A stretch of DNA of 64,000 bases, taken from the NCBI GenBank assembly GCA_964016885.1, contig OZ024741.1, forward strand, positions 270,196,001 to 270,260,000, given 5' to 3'. This DNA comes from Eledone cirrhosa. Taxonomy: Eukaryota. A model generated the notes under the pieces. The model did not search any database, was not told the DNA's origin, and worked only from the letters and a program-made list of their open reading frames with translations. Every line of letters starts with the position of its first letter. The first letter of the stretch is position 1. Shown here piece after piece: positions 1 to 15,000 of the stretch. Position numbers and translations under genes: made by a program.

Positions 1-3000
1 TGGCTGTCAGTATGTATGTGTCTGTCTATAGGTAGTTAGTGTGAATGTGGCTGTCAGTATGTATGTGTCTGTCTATAGGTAGTTGGTGTGAATGTGGCTG
101 TCAGTATATATGAGTCTATCTATAGGTAGTTAGTGTGAATGTGGCTGTCAGTAAGTATGTGTCTGTCTATAGGTAGTTAGTGTGAATGTAGCTGTCAGTA
201 TGTATGTGTCTGTCTATAGGTAGTTAGTGTGAATGTGGCTGTCAGTATGTATGTGTCTGTCTATAGGTAGTTAGTGTGGATGTGGCTGTCAGTATGTATG
301 TGTCTGTCTATAGGTAGTTAGTGTGAATGTGGCTGTCAGTATGTATGTGTCTGTCTATAGATAGTTAGTGTGAATGTGGCTGTCAATATGTATGTGTCTG
401 TCTATAGGTAGTTAGTGTGAATGTGGCTGTCAGTATGTATGTGTCTGTCTAGAGGTAGTTAGTGTGAATGTGGCTGTCAGTATGTATGTGTCTGTCTATA
501 GGTAGTTAGTGTGAATGTGGCTGTCAGTATGTATGTGTCTGTCTATAGGTACTTAGTGTGAATGTGGCTGTCAGTATGTATGTGTCTGCCTATAGGTAGT
601 TAGTGTGAATGTGGCTGTCAGTATGTATGTGTCTGTCTATAGGTAGTTAGTGTGAATGTGGCTGTCAGTATGTATGTGTCTGTCTATAGGTAGTTAGTGT
701 GAATGTGGCTGTCAGTATGTTTGTGTCTGTCTATAGGTAGTTAGTGTGAATGTGGCTGTCAGTATGTATGTGTCTGTCTATAGGTAGTTAGTGTGAATGT
801 GGCTGTCAGTAAGTATGTGTCTGTCTATAGGTAGTTAGTGTGAATGTGGCTGTCAGTATGTATGTGTCTGTCAATAGGTAGTTAGTGTGAATGTAGCTGT
901 CAGTATGTATGTGTCTGTCTATAGGTAGTTAGTGTGAATGTGGTTGTCAGTATGTATGTGTCTGTCTATAGGTAGTTAGTGTGAATGTGGCTGTCAGTAT
1001 GTATGTGTCTGTCTATGGGTAGTTAGTGTGAATGTGGCTGTCAGTATGTATGTGCCTGTCTATAGGTAGTTAGTGTGAATGTGGCTGTCAGTATGTATGT
1101 GTCTGTCTATAGGTAGTTAGTGTGAATGTGGCTGTCAGTATGTATGTGTCTGTCTATAGGTAGTTAGTGTGAATGTGGCTGTCAGTATGTATGTGTCTAG
1201 CTATAGGTAGTTAGTGTGAATTTGGCTGTCAGTATGTATGTGTCTGTCTATAGGTAGTTAGTGTGAATGTGGCTGTCAGTATGTATGTGTCTGTCTATAG
1301 GTAGTTAGTGTGAATGTAGCTGTCAGTATGTATGTGTCTGTCTATAGGTAGTTAGTGTGAATGTGGCTGTCAGTATATATGTGTCTGTCTATAGGTAGTT
1401 AGTGTGAATGTGGCTGTCAGTATGTATGTGTCTGTCTATAGGTAGTTAGTGTGAATGTGGCTGTCAGTATGTATATGTCTGTCTATTGGTAGTTAGTGTG
1501 AATGTGGCTGTCAGTATGTATGTGTCTGTCTATAGGTAGTTAGTGTGAATGTGGCTGTCAGTATGTATATGTCTGTCTATAGTTACTTAGTGTGAATGTG
1601 GCTGTCAGTAAGTATGTATCTGTCTATATGTAGTTAGTGTGAATGTGGCTGTCAGAATGTATGTGTCTGTCTATAGGTAGTTAGTGTGAATGTGGCTGTC
1701 AGTATGTATGTGTCTGTCTATAGGTAGTTAGTGTGTATGTGGCTGTCAGTATGTATGTGTCTGTCTATAGGTAGTTAGTGTGAATGTGGCTGTTAGTATG
1801 TATGTGTCTGTCTATAGGTAGTTAGTGTGAATGTGGCTGTCAGTATGTATCTGTCTGTCTATAGGTAGTTAGTGTGAATGTAGCTGTCAGTATGTATGTG
1901 TCTGTCTATAGGTAGTTAGTGTGAATGTGGCTGTCAGTATATATGTGTCTGTCTATAGGCAGTTAGTGTGAATGTGGCTGTCAGTATGTATGTGTCTGTC
2001 TATAGGTAGTTAGTGTGAATGTGGCTGTCAGTATGTATGTGTCTGTCTATTGGTAGTTAGTGTGAATGTGGCTGTCAGTATGTATGTGTCTGTCTATAGG
2101 TAGTTAGTGTGAATGTGGCTGTCAGTATGTATGTGTCTGTCTATAGGTAGTTGGTGTGAATGTGGCTGTCAGTATATATGAGTCTATCTATAGGTAGTTA
2201 GTGTGAATGTGGCTGTCAGTAAGTATGTGTCTGTCTATAGGTAGTTAGTGTGGATGTGGCTGTCAGTATGTATGTGTCTGTCTATAGGTAGTTAGTGTGA
2301 ATGTGGCTGTCAGTATGTATGTGTCTGTCTATAGATAGTTAGTGTGAATGTGGCTGTCAATATGTATGTGTCTGTCTATAGGTAGTTAGTGTGAATGTGG
2401 CTGTCAGTATATATGTGTCTGTCTAGAGGTAGTTAGTGTGAATGTGGCTGTCAGTATGTATGTGTCTGTCTATAGGTAGTTAGTGTGAATGTGGCTGTCA
2501 GTATGTATGTGTCTGTCTATAGGTACTTAGTGTGAATGTGGCTGTCAGTATGTATGTGTCTGCCTATAGGTAGTTAGTGTGAATGTGGCTGTCAGTATGT
2601 ATGTGTCTGTCTATAGGTAGTTAGTGTGAATGTGGCTGTCAGTATGTATGTGTCTGTCTATAGGTAGTTAGTGTGAATGTGGCTGTCAGTATGTATGTGT
2701 CTGTCTATAGGTAGTTAGTGTGAATGTGGCTGTCAGTATGTATGTGTCTGTCTATAGGTAGTTAGTGTGAATGTGGCTGTCAGTATGTATGTGTCTATCT
2801 AGAGGTAGTTAGTATGAATGTGGCTGTCAGTATGTATGTGTCTGTCTATAGGTAGTTAGTGTGAATGTGGCTGTCAGTATCTATGTGTCTGTCTATAGGT
2901 AGTTAGTGTGATTGTGGCTGTCAGTATGTATGTGTCTGTCTATAGGTAGTTAGTGTGGATGTGGCTGTCAGTATGTATGTGTCTGTCTATAGGTAGTTAG

Positions 3001-6000
3001 TGTGAATGTGGCTGTCAGTATCTATGTGTCTGTCTATAGGTAGTTAGTGTGAATGTGGCTGTCAGTATGTATGTGTCTGTCTATAGGTAGTTAGTGTGAA
3101 TGTGGCTGTCAGTATGTATGTGTCTGTCTATAGGTAGTTAGTGTGAATGTGGCTGTCAGTATGTTTGTGTCTGTCTATAGGTAGTTAGTGTGAATGTGGC
3201 TGTCAGTATGTATGTGTCTGTCTATAGGTAGTTAGTGTGAATGTGGCTGTCAGTATGTATGTGTCTGTCTATAGGTAGTTAGTGTGAATGTGGCTGTCAG
3301 TATGTATGTGTCTATCTATAGGTAGTTAGTATGAATGTGGCTGTCAGTATTATGTGTCTGTCTATAGGTAGTTAGTGTGAATGTGGCTGTCAGTATCTAT
3401 GTGTCTGTCTATAGGTAGTTAGTGTGATTGTGGCTGTCAGTATGTATGTGTCTGTCTATAGGTAGTTAGTGTGAATGTGGCTGTCAGTATGTTTGTGTCT
3501 GTCTATAGGTAGTTAGTGTGAATGTGGCTGTCAGTATGTATGTGTCTGTCTATAGGTAGTTACTGTGAATGTGGCTGTCAGTATGTATGTGTCTGTCTAT
3601 AGGTAGTTAGTGTGAATGTGGCTGTCAGTATGTATGTGTCTATCTATAGGTAGTTAGTATGAATGTGGCTGTCAGTATGTATGTGTCTGTCTATAGGTAG
3701 TTAGTGTGAATGTGGCTGTCAGTATGTATGTATCTGTCTATAGGTAGTTAGTGTGAATGTGGCTGTCAGTATGTATGTGTCTGTCTATAGGTAGTTAGTG
3801 TGAATGTGGCTGTCAGTATATATGTGTCTATCTATAGGTAGTTAGTGTGAATGTGGCTGTCAGTATGTATGTGTCTGTCTATAGGTAGTTAGTGTGAATG
3901 TGGCTGTCAGTATGTATGTGTCTGTCTATAGGTAGTTAGTGTGAATGTGGCTGTCAGTATGTTTGTGTCTGTCTATAGGTAGTTAGTGTGAATGTGGCTG
4001 TCAGTATGTATGTGTCTGTCTATAGGTAGTTAGTGTGAATGTGGCTGTCAGTATGTATGTGTCTATCTAGAGGTAGTTAGTATGAATGTGGCTGTCAGTA
4101 TGTATGTGTCTGTCTATAGGTAGTTAGTGTGAATGTGGCTGTCAGTATGTATGTGTCTGTCTATAGGTAGTTAGTGTGAATGTGGCTGTCAGTATGTATG
4201 TGTCTATCTATAGGTAGTTAGTATGAATGTGGCTGTCAGTATTATGTGTCTGTCTATAGGTAGTTAGTGTGAATGTGGCTGTCAGTATCTATGTGTCTGT
4301 CTATAGGTAGTTAGTGTGATTGTGGCTGTCAGTATGTATGTGTCTGTCTATAGGTAGTTAGTGTGAATGTGGCTGTCAGTATGTTTGTGTCTGTCTATAG
4401 GTAGTTAGTGTGAATGTGGCTGTCAGTATGTATGTGTCTGTCTATAGGTAGTTACTGTGAATGTGGCTGTCAGTATGTATGTGTCTCTCTATAGGTAGTT
4501 AGTGTGAATGTGGCTGTCAGTATGTATGTGTCTATCTATAGGTAGTTAGTATGAATGTGGCTGTCAGTATGTATGTGTCTGTCTATAGGTAGTTAGTGTG
4601 AATGTGGCTGTCAGTATGTATGTATCTGTCTATAGGTAGTTAGTGTGAATGTGGCTGTCAGTATGTATGTGTCTGTCTATAGGTAGTTAGTGTGAATGTG
4701 GCTGTCAGTATATATGTGTCTATCTATAGGTAGTTAGTGTGAATGTGGCTGTCAGTATGTATGTGTCTGTCTATAGGTAGTTAGTGTGAATGTGGCTGTC
4801 AGTATGTATGTGTCTGTCTATAGGTAGTTAGTGTGAATGTGGCTGTCAATATGTATGTGTCTGTCTATAGGTAGTTAGTGTGAATGTGGCTGTCAGTATG
4901 TATGTGTCTGTCTATGGGTAGTTAGTGTGAATGTAGCTGTCAGTATGTATGTGTGTGTCTATAGATAGTTAGTGTGAATGTGGCTGTCAGTATGTATGTG
5001 TCTGTCTATAGGTAGTTAGTGTGAATGTGGCTGTCAGTATGTATGTGTCTGTCTATAGGTAGTTAGTGTGAATGTGGCTGTCAGTATGTATGTGTCTGTC
5101 TATAGGTAGTTAGTGTGAATGTGGCTGTCAGTATGTATGTGTCTGTCTATAGGTAGTTAGTGTGAATGTGGCTGTCTGTATGTATGTGTCTGTCTATAGG
5201 TAGTTAGTGTGAATGTGGCTGTCAGTATGTATGTGTCTATCTAGAGGTAGTTAGTATGAATGTGGCTGTCAGTATGTATGTGTCTGTCTATAGGTAGTTA
5301 GTGTGAATGTGGCTGTCAGTATCTATGTGTCTGTCTATAGGTAGTTAGTGTGATTGTGGCTGTCAGTATCTATGTGTCTGTCTATAGGTAGTTACTGTGA
5401 ATGTGGCTGTCAGTATGTATGTGTCTGTCTATAGGTAGTTAGTGTGAATGTGGCTGTCAGTATGTATGTGTCTATCTATAGGTAGTTAGTGTGAATGTGG
5501 CTGTCAGTATGTATGTGTCTGTCTATAGGTAGTTACTGTGAATGTGGCTGTCAGTATCTATGTGTCTGTCTATAGGTAGTTAGTGTGATTGTGGCTGTCA
5601 GTATCTATGTGTCTGTCTATAGGTAGTTACTGTGAATGTGGCTGTCAGTATGTATGTGTCTGTCTATAGGTAGTTAGTGTGAATGTGGCTGTCAGTATGT
5701 ATGTGTCTGTCTATAGGTAGTTAGTGTGAATGTGGCTGTCAGTATGTATGTGTCTGTCTATAGGTAGTTGGTGTGAATGTGGCTGTCAGTATATATGAGT
5801 CTATCTATAGGTAGTTAGTGTGAATGTGGCTGTCAGTAAGTATGTGTCTGTCTATAGGTAGTTAGTGTGGATGTGGCTGTCAGTATGTATGTGTCTGTCT
5901 ATAGGTAGTTAGTGTGAATGTGGCTGTCAGTATGTATGTGTCTGTCTATAGATAGTTAGTGTGAATGTGGCTGTCAATATGTATGTGTCTGTCTATAGGT

Positions 6001-9000
6001 AGTTAGTGTGAATGTGGCTGTCAGTATATATGTGTCTGTCTAGAGGTAGTTAGTGTGAATGTGGCTGTCAGTATGTATGTGTCTGTCTATAGGTAGTTAG
6101 TGTGAATGTGGCTGTCAGTATGTATGTGTCTGTCTATAGGTACTTAGTGTGAATGTGGCTGTCAGTATGTATGTGTCTGCCTATAGGTAGTTAGTGTGAA
6201 TGTGGCTGTCAGTATGTATGTGTCTGTCTATAGGTAGTTAGTGTGAATGTGGCTGTCAGTATGTATGTGTCTGTCTATAGGTAGTTAGTGTGAATGTGGC
6301 TGTCAGTATGTATGTGTCTGTCTATAGGTAGTTAGTGTGAATGTGGCTGTCAGTATGTATGTGTCTGTCTATAGGTAGTTAGTGTGAATGTGGCTGTCAG
6401 TATGTATGTGTCTATCTAGAGGTAGTTAGTATGAATGTGGCTGTCAGTATGTATGTGTCTGTCTATAGGTAGTTAGTGTGAATGTGGCTGTCAGTATCTA
6501 TGTGTCTGTCTATAGGTAGTTAGTGTGATTGTGGCTGTCAGTATGTATGTGTCTGTCTATAGGTAGTTAGTGTGGATGTGGCTGTCAGTATGTATGTGTC
6601 TGTCTATAGGTAGTTAGTGTGAATGTGGCTGTCAGTATCTATGTGTCTGTCTATAGGTAGTTAGTGTGAATGTGGCTGTCAGTATGTATGTGTCTGTCTA
6701 TAGGTAGTTAGTGTGAATGTGGCTGTCAGTATGTATGTGTCTGTCTATAGGTAGTTAGTGTGAATGTGGCTGTCAGTATGTTTGTGTCTGTCTATAGGTA
6801 GTTAGTGTGAATGTGGCTGTCAGTATGTATGTGTCTGTCTATAGGTAGTTAGTGTGAATGTGGCTGTCAGTATGTATGTGTCTGTCTATAGGTAGTTAGT
6901 GTGAATGTGGCTGTCAGTATGTATGTGTCTATCTATAGGTAGTTAGTATGAATGTGGCTGTCAGTATTATGTGTCTGTCTATAGGTAGTTAGTGTGAATG
7001 TGGCTGTCAGTATCTATGTGTCTGTCTATAGGTAGTTAGTGTGATTGTGGCTGTCAGTATGTATGTGTCTGTCTATAGGTAGTTAGTGTGAATGTGGCTG
7101 TCAGTATGTTTGTGTCTGTCTATAGGTAGTTAGTGTGAATGTGGCTGTCAGTATGTATGTGTCTGTCTATAGGTAGTTACTGTGAATGTGGCTGTCAGTA
7201 TGTATGTGTCTGTCTATAGGTAGTTAGTGTGAATGTGGCTGTCAGTATGTATGTGTCTATCTATAGGTAGTTAGTATGAATGTGGCTGTCAGTATGTATG
7301 TGTCTGTCTATAGGTAGTTAGTGTGAATGTGGCTGTCAGTATGTATGTATCTGTCTATAGGTAGTTAGTGTGAATGTGGCTGTCAGTATGTATGTGTCTG
7401 TCTATAGGTAGTTAGTGTGAATGTGGCTGTCAGTATATATGTGTCTATCTATAGGTAGTTAGTGTGAATGTGGCTGTCAGTATGTATGTGTCTGTCTATA
7501 GGTAGTTAGTGTGAATGTGGCTGTCAGTATGTATGTGTCTGTCTATAGGTAGTTAGTGTGAATGTGGCTGTCAGTATGTTTGTGTCTGTCTATAGGTAGT
7601 TAGTGTGAATGTGGCTGTCAGTATGTATGTGTCTGTCTATAGGTAGTTAGTGTGAATGTGGCTGTCAGTATGTATGTGTCTATCTAGAGGTAGTTAGTAT
7701 GAATGTGGCTGTCAGTATGTATGTGTCTGTCTATAGGTAGTTAGTGTGAATGTGGCTGTCAGTATGTATGTGTCTGTCTATAGGTAGTTAGTGTGAATGT
7801 GGCTGTCAGTATGTATGTGTCTATCTATAGGTAGTTAGTATGAATGTGGCTGTCAGTATTATGTGTCTGTCTATAGGTAGTTAGTGTGAATGTGGCTGTC
7901 AGTATCTATGTGTCTGTCTATAGGTAGTTAGTGTGATTGTGGCTGTCAGTATGTATGTGTCTGTCTATAGGTAGTTAGTGTGAATGTGGCTGTCAGTATG
8001 TTTGTGTCTGTCTATAGGTAGTTAGTGTGAATGTGGCTGTCAGTATGTATGTGTCTGTCTATAGGTAGTTACTGTGAATGTGGCTGTCAGTATGTATGTG
8101 TCTCTCTATAGGTAGTTAGTGTGAATGTGGCTGTCAGTATGTATGTGTCTATCTATAGGTAGTTAGTATGAATGTGGCTGTCAGTATGTATGTGTCTGTC
8201 TATAGGTAGTTAGTGTGAATGTGGCTGTCAGTATGTATGTATCTGTCTATAGGTAGTTAGTGTGAATGTGGCTGTCAGTATGTATGTGTCTGTCTATAGG
8301 TAGTTAGTGTGAATGTGGCTGTCAGTATATATGTGTCTATCTATAGGTAGTTAGTGTGAATGTGGCTGTCAGTATGTATGTGTCTGTCTATAGGTAGTTA
8401 GTGTGAATGTGGCTGTCAGTATGTATGTGTCTGTCTATAGGTAGTTAGTGTGAATGTGGCTGTCAATATGTATGTGTCTGTCTATAGGTAGTTAGTGTGA
8501 ATGTGGCTGTCAGTATGTATGTGTCTGTCTATGGGTAGTTAGTGTGAATGTAGCTGTCAGTATGTATGTGTGTGTCTATAGATAGTTAGTGTGAATGTGG
8601 CTGTCAGTATGTATGTGTCTGTCTATAGGTAGTTAGTGTGAATGTGGCTGTCAGTATGTATGTGTCTGTCTATAGGTAGTTAGTGTGAATGTGGCTGTCA
8701 GTATGTATGTGTCTGTCTATAGGTAGTTAGTGTGAATGTGGCTGTCAGTATGTATGTGTCTGTCTATAGGTAGTTAGTGTGAATGTGGCTGTCAGTATGT
8801 ATGTGTCTGTCTATAGGTAGTTAGTGTGAATGTGGCTGTCAGTATGTATGTGTCTATCTAGAGGTAGTTAGTATGAATGTGGCTGTCAGTATGTATGTGT
8901 CTGTCTATAGGTAGTTAGTGTGAATGTGGCTGTCAGTATCTATGTGTCTGTCTATAGGTAGTTAGTGTGATTGTGGCTGTCAGTATCTATGTGTCTGTCT

Positions 9001-12000
9001 ATAGGTAGTTACTGTGAATGTGGCTGTCAGTATGTATGTGTCTGTCTATAGGTAGTTAGTGTGAATGTGGCTGTCAGTATGTATGTGTCTATCTATAGGT
9101 AGTTAGTGTGAATGTGGCTGTCAGTATGTATGTGTCTGTCTATAGGTAGTTACTGTGAATGTGGCTGTCAGTATCTATGTGTCTGTCTATAGGTAGTTAG
9201 TGTGATTGTGGCTGTCAGTATCTATGTGTCTGTCTATAGGTAGTTACTGTGAATGTGGCTGTCAGTATGTATGTGTCTGTCTATAGGTAGTTAGTGTGAA
9301 TGTGGCTGTCAGTATGTATGTGTCTGTCTATAGGTAGTTAGTGTGAATGTGGCTGTCAGTATGTATGTGTCTGTCTATAGGTAGTTACTGTGAATGTGGC
9401 TGTCAGTATGTATGTGTCTGTCTATAGGTAGTTAGTGTGAATGTGGCTGTCACTATGTATGTGTCTATCTATAGGTAGTTAGTATGAATGTGGCTGTCAG
9501 TATGTATGTGTCTGTCTATAGGTAGTTAGTGTGAATGTGGCTGTCAGTATGTATGTATCTGTCTATAGGTAGTTAGTGTGAATGTGGCTGTCAGTATGTA
9601 TGTGTCTGTCTATAGGTAGTTAGTGTGAATGTGGCTGTCAGTATATATGTGTCTATCTATAGGTAGTTAGTGTGAATGTGGCTGTCAGTATGTATGTGTC
9701 TGTCTATAGGTAGTTAGTGTGAATGTGGCTGTCAGTATGTATGTGTCTGTCTATAGGTAGTTAGTGTGAATGTGGCTGTCAATATGTATGTGTCTGTCTA
9801 TAGGTAGTTAGTGTGAATGTGGCTGTCAGTATGTATGTGTCTGTCTACGGGTAGTTAGTGTGAATGTGGCTGTCAGTATGTCTGTGTGTGTCTATAGATA
9901 GTTAGTGTGAATGTGACTGTCAGTATGTATGTGTCTGTCTATAGGTAGTTAGTGTGAATGTGGCTGTCAGTATGTATGTGTCTATCTAGAGGTAGTTAGT
10001 ATGAATGTGGCTGTCAGTATGTATGTGTCTGTCTATAGGTAGTTAGTGTGAATGTGGCTGTCAGTATCTATGTGTCTGTCTATAGGTAGTTAGTGTGATT
10101 GTGGCTGTCAGTATGTATGTGTCTGTCTATAGGTAGTTAGTGTGGATGTGGCTGTCAGTATGTATGTGTCTGTCTATAGGTAGTTAGTGTGAATGTGGCT
10201 GTCAGTATCTATGTGTCTGTCTATAGGTAGTTAGTGTGAATGTGGCTGTCAGTATGTATGTGTCTGTCTATAGGTAGTTAGTGTGAATGTGGCTGTCAGT
10301 ATGTATGTGTCTGTCTATAGGTAGTTAGTGTGAATGTGGCTGTCAGTATGTTTGTGTCTGTCTATAGGTAGTTAGTGTGAATGTGGCTGTCAGTATGTAT
10401 GTGTCTGTCTATAGGTAGTTAGTGTGAATGTGGCTGTCAGTATGTATGTGTCTGTCTATAGGTAGTTAGTGTGAATGTGGCTGTCAGTATGTATGTGTCT
10501 ATCTATAGGTAGTTAGTATGAATGTGGCTGTCAGTATTATGTGTCTGTCTATAGGTAGTTAGTGTGAATGTGGCTGTCAGTATCTATGTGTCTGTCTATA
10601 GGTAGTTAGTGTGATTGTTGCTGTCAGTATGTATGTGTCTGTCTATAGGTAGTTAGTGTGAATGTGGCTGTCAGTATGTTTGTGTCTGTCTATAGGTAGT
10701 TAGTGTGAATGTGGCTGTCAGTATGTATGTGTCTGTCTATAGGTAGTTACTGTGAATGTGGCTGTCAATATGTATGTGTCTGTCTATAGGTAGTTAGTGT
10801 GAATGTGGCTGTCAGTATGTATGTGTCTATCTATAGGTAGTTAGTATGAATGTGGCTGTCAGTATGTATGTGTCTGTCTATAGGTAGTTAGTTTGAATGT
10901 GGCTGTCAGTATGTATGTATCTGTCTATAGGTAGTTAGTGTGAATGTGGCTGTCAGTATGTATGTGTCTGTCTATAGGTAGTTAGTGTGAATGTGGCTGT
11001 CAGTATATATGTGTCTATCTATAGGTAGTTAGTGTGAATGTGGCTGTCAGTATTTATGTGTCTGTCTATAGGTAGTTAGTGTGAATGTGGCTGTCAGTAT
11101 GTATGTGTCTGTCTATAGGTAGTTAGTGTGAATGTGGCTGTCAATATGTATGTGTCTGTCTATAGGTAGTTAGTGTGAATGTGGCTGTCAGTATGTATGT
11201 GTCTGTCTACGGGTAGTTAGTGTGAATGTGGCTGTCAGTATGTCTGTGTGTGTCTATAGATAGTTAGTGTGAATGTGACTGTCAGTATGTATGTGTCTGT
11301 CTATAGGTAGTTAGTGTGAATGTGGCTGTCAGTATGTATGTGTCTGTCTAGAGGTAGTTAGTGTGAATGTGGCTGTCAGTATGTATGTGTCTGTCTATAG
11401 GTAGTTAGTGTGAATGTGGCTGTCAGTATTATGTGTCTGTCTATAGGTACTTAGTGTGAATGTGCCTGTCAGTATGTATGTGTCTGTCTATAGGTAGTTA
11501 GTGTGGATGTGGCTGTCAGTATGTATGTGTCTGTCTATAGGTAGTTAGTGTGAATGTGGCTGTCAGTAAGTATGTGTCTGTCTATAGGTAGTTAGTGTGA
11601 ATGTGGCTGTCAATATGTATGTGTCTGTCTATAGGTAGTTACTGTGAATGTGGCTGTCAGTATGTATGTGTCTGTCTATAGGTAGTTAGTGAGAATGTGG
11701 CTGTCAGTATGTATGTGTCTGTCTATAGGTAGTTAGTGAGAATGTGGCTGTCAGTATGTATGTGTCTGTCTATATGTAGTTAGTGTGAATGTGGCTGTCA
11801 GTATGTATGTGTCTGTCTATAGGTAGTTAGTGTGAATGTGGCTGTCAGTATGTATGTGTCTATCTATAGGTAGTTAGTATGAATGTGGCTGTCAGTATGT
11901 ATGTGTCTGTCTATAGGTAGTTAGTGTGAATGTGGCTGTCAGTATGTATGTATCTGTCTATAGGTAGTTAGTGTGAATGTGGCTGTCAGTATGTATGTGT

Positions 12001-15000
12001 CTGTCTATAGGTAGTTAGTGTGAATGTGGCTGTCAGTATATATGTGTCTATCTATAGGTAGTTAGTGTGAATGTGGCTGTCAGTATGTATGTGTCTGTCT
12101 ATAGGTAGTTAGTGTGAATGTGGCTGTCAGTATGTATGTGTCTGTCTATAGGTAGTTAGTGTGAATGTGGCTGTCAGTATGTTTGTGTCTGTCTATAGGT
12201 AGTTAGTGTGAATGTGGCTGTCAGTATGTATGTGTCTGTCTATAGGTAGTTAGTGTGAATGTGGCTGTCAGTATGTATGTGTCTATCTAGAGGTAGTTAG
12301 TATGAATGTGGCTGTCAGTATGTATGTGTCTGTCTATAGGTAGTTAGTGTGAATGTGGCTGTCAGTATGTATGTGTCTGTCTATAGGTAGTTAGTGTGAA
12401 TGTGGCTGTCAGTATGTATGTGTCTATCTATAGGTAGTTAGTATGAATGTGGCTGTCAGTATTATGTGTCTGTCTATAGGTAGTTAGTGTGAATGTGGCT
12501 GTCAGTATCTATGTGTCTGTCTATAGGTAGTTAGTGTGATTGTGGCTGTCAGTATGTATGTGTCTGTCTATAGGTAGTTAGTGTGAATGTGGCTGTCAGT
12601 ATGTTTGTGTCTGTCTATAGGTAGTTAGTGTGAATGTGGCTGTCAGTATGTATGTGTCTGTCTATAGGTAGTTACTGTGAATGTGGCTGTCAGTATGTAT
12701 GTGTCTCTCTATAGGTAGTTAGTGTGAATGTGGCTGTCAGTATGTATGTGTCTATCTATAGGTAGTTAGTATGAATGTGGCTGTCAGTATGTATGTGTCT
12801 GTCTATAGGTAGTTAGTGTGAATGTGGCTGTCAGTATGTATGTATCTGTCTATAGGTAGTTAGTGTGAATGTGGCTGTCAGTATGTATGTGTCTGTCTAT
12901 AGGTAGTTAGTGTGAATGTGGCTGTCAGTATATATGTGTCTATCTATAGGTAGTTAGTGTGAATGTGGCTGTCAGTATGTATGTGTCTGTCTATAGGTAG
13001 TTAGTGTGAATGTGGCTGTCAGTATGTATGTGTCTGTCTATAGGTAGTTAGTGTGAATGTGGCTGTCAATATGTATGTGTCTGTCTATAGGTAGTTAGTG
13101 TGAATGTGGCTGTCAGTATGTATGTGTCTGTCTATGGGTAGTTAGTGTGAATGTAGCTGTCAGTATGTATGTGTGTGTCTATAGATAGTTAGTGTGAATG
13201 TGGCTGTCAGTATGTATGTGTCTGTCTATAGGTAGTTAGTGTGAATGTGGCTGTCAGTATGTATGTGTCTGTCTATAGGTAGTTAGTGTGAATGTGGCTG
13301 TCAGTATGTATGTGTCTGTCTATAGGTAGTTAGTGTGAATGTGGCTGTCAGTATGTATGTGTCTGTCTATAGGTAGTTAGTGTGAATGTGGCTGTCAGTA
13401 TGTATGTGTCTGTCTATAGGTAGTTAGTGTGAATGTGGCTGTCAGTATGTATGTGTCTATCTAGAGGTAGTTAGTATGAATGTGGCTGTCAGTATGTATG
13501 TGTCTGTCTATAGGTAGTTAGTGTGAATGTGGCTGTCAGTATCTATGTGTCTGTCTATAGGTAGTTAGTGTGATTGTGGCTGTCAGTATCTATGTGTCTG
13601 TCTATAGGTAGTTACTGTGAATGTGGCTGTCAGTATGTATGTGTCTGTCTATAGGTAGTTAGTGTGAATGTGGCTGTCAGTATGTATGTGTCTATCTATA
13701 GGTAGTTAGTGTGAATGTGGCTGTCAGTATGTATGTGTCTGTCTATAGGTAGTTACTGTGAATGTGGCTGTCAGTATCTATGTGTCTGTCTATAGGTAGT
13801 TAGTGTGATTGTGGCTGTCAGTATCTATGTGTCTGTCTATAGGTAGTTACTGTGAATGTGGCTGTCAGTATGTATGTGTCTGTCTATAGGTAGTTAGTGT
13901 GAATGTGGCTGTCAGTATGTATGTGTCTGTCTATAGGTAGTTAGTGTGAATGTGGCTGTCAGTATGTATGTGTCTGTCTATAGGTAGTTGGTGTGAATGT
14001 GGCTGTCAGTATATATGAGTCTATCTATAGGTAGTTAGTGTGAATGTGGCTGTCAGTAAGTATGTGTCTGTCTATAGGTAGTTAGTGTGGATGTGGCTGT
14101 CAGTATGTATGTGTCTGTCTATAGGTAGTTAGTGTGAATGTGGCTGTCAGTATGTATGTGTCTGTCTATAGATAGTTAGTGTGAATGTGGCTGTCAATAT
14201 GTATGTGTCTGTCTATAGGTAGTTAGTGTGAATGTGGCTGTCAGTATATATGTGTCTGTCTAGAGGTAGTTAGTGTGAATGTGGCTGTCAGTATGTATGT
14301 GTCTGTCTATAGGTAGTTAGTGTGAATGTGGCTGTCAGTATGTATGTGTCTGTCTATAGGTACTTAGTGTGAATGTGGCTGTCAGTATGTATGTGTCTGC
14401 CTATAGGTAGTTAGTGTGAATGTGGCTGTCAGTATGTATGTGTCTGTCTATAGGTAGTTAGTGTGAATGTGGCTGTCAGTATGTATGTGTCTGTCTATAG
14501 GTAGTTAGTGTGAATGTGGCTGTCAGTATGTATGTGTCTGTCTATAGGTAGTTAGTGTGAATGTGGCTGTCAGTATGTATGTGTCTGTCTATAGGTAGTT
14601 AGTGTGAATGTGGCTGTCAGTATGTATGTGTCTATCTAGAGGTAGTTAGTATGAATGTGGCTGTCAGTATGTATGTGTCTGTCTATAGGTAGTTAGTGTG
14701 AATGTGGCTGTCAGTATCTATGTGTCTGTCTATAGGTAGTTAGTGTGATTGTGGCTGTCAGTATGTATGTGTCTGTCTATAGGTAGTTAGTGTGGATGTG
14801 GCTGTCAGTATGTATGTGTCTGTCTATAGGTAGTTAGTGTGAATGTGGCTGTCAGTATCTATGTGTCTGTCTATAGGTAGTTAGTGTGAATGTGGCTGTC
14901 AGTATGTATGTGTCTGTCTATAGGTAGTTAGTGTGAATGTGGCTGTCAGTATGTATGTGTCTGTCTATAGGTAGTTAGTGTGAATGTGGCTGTCAGTATG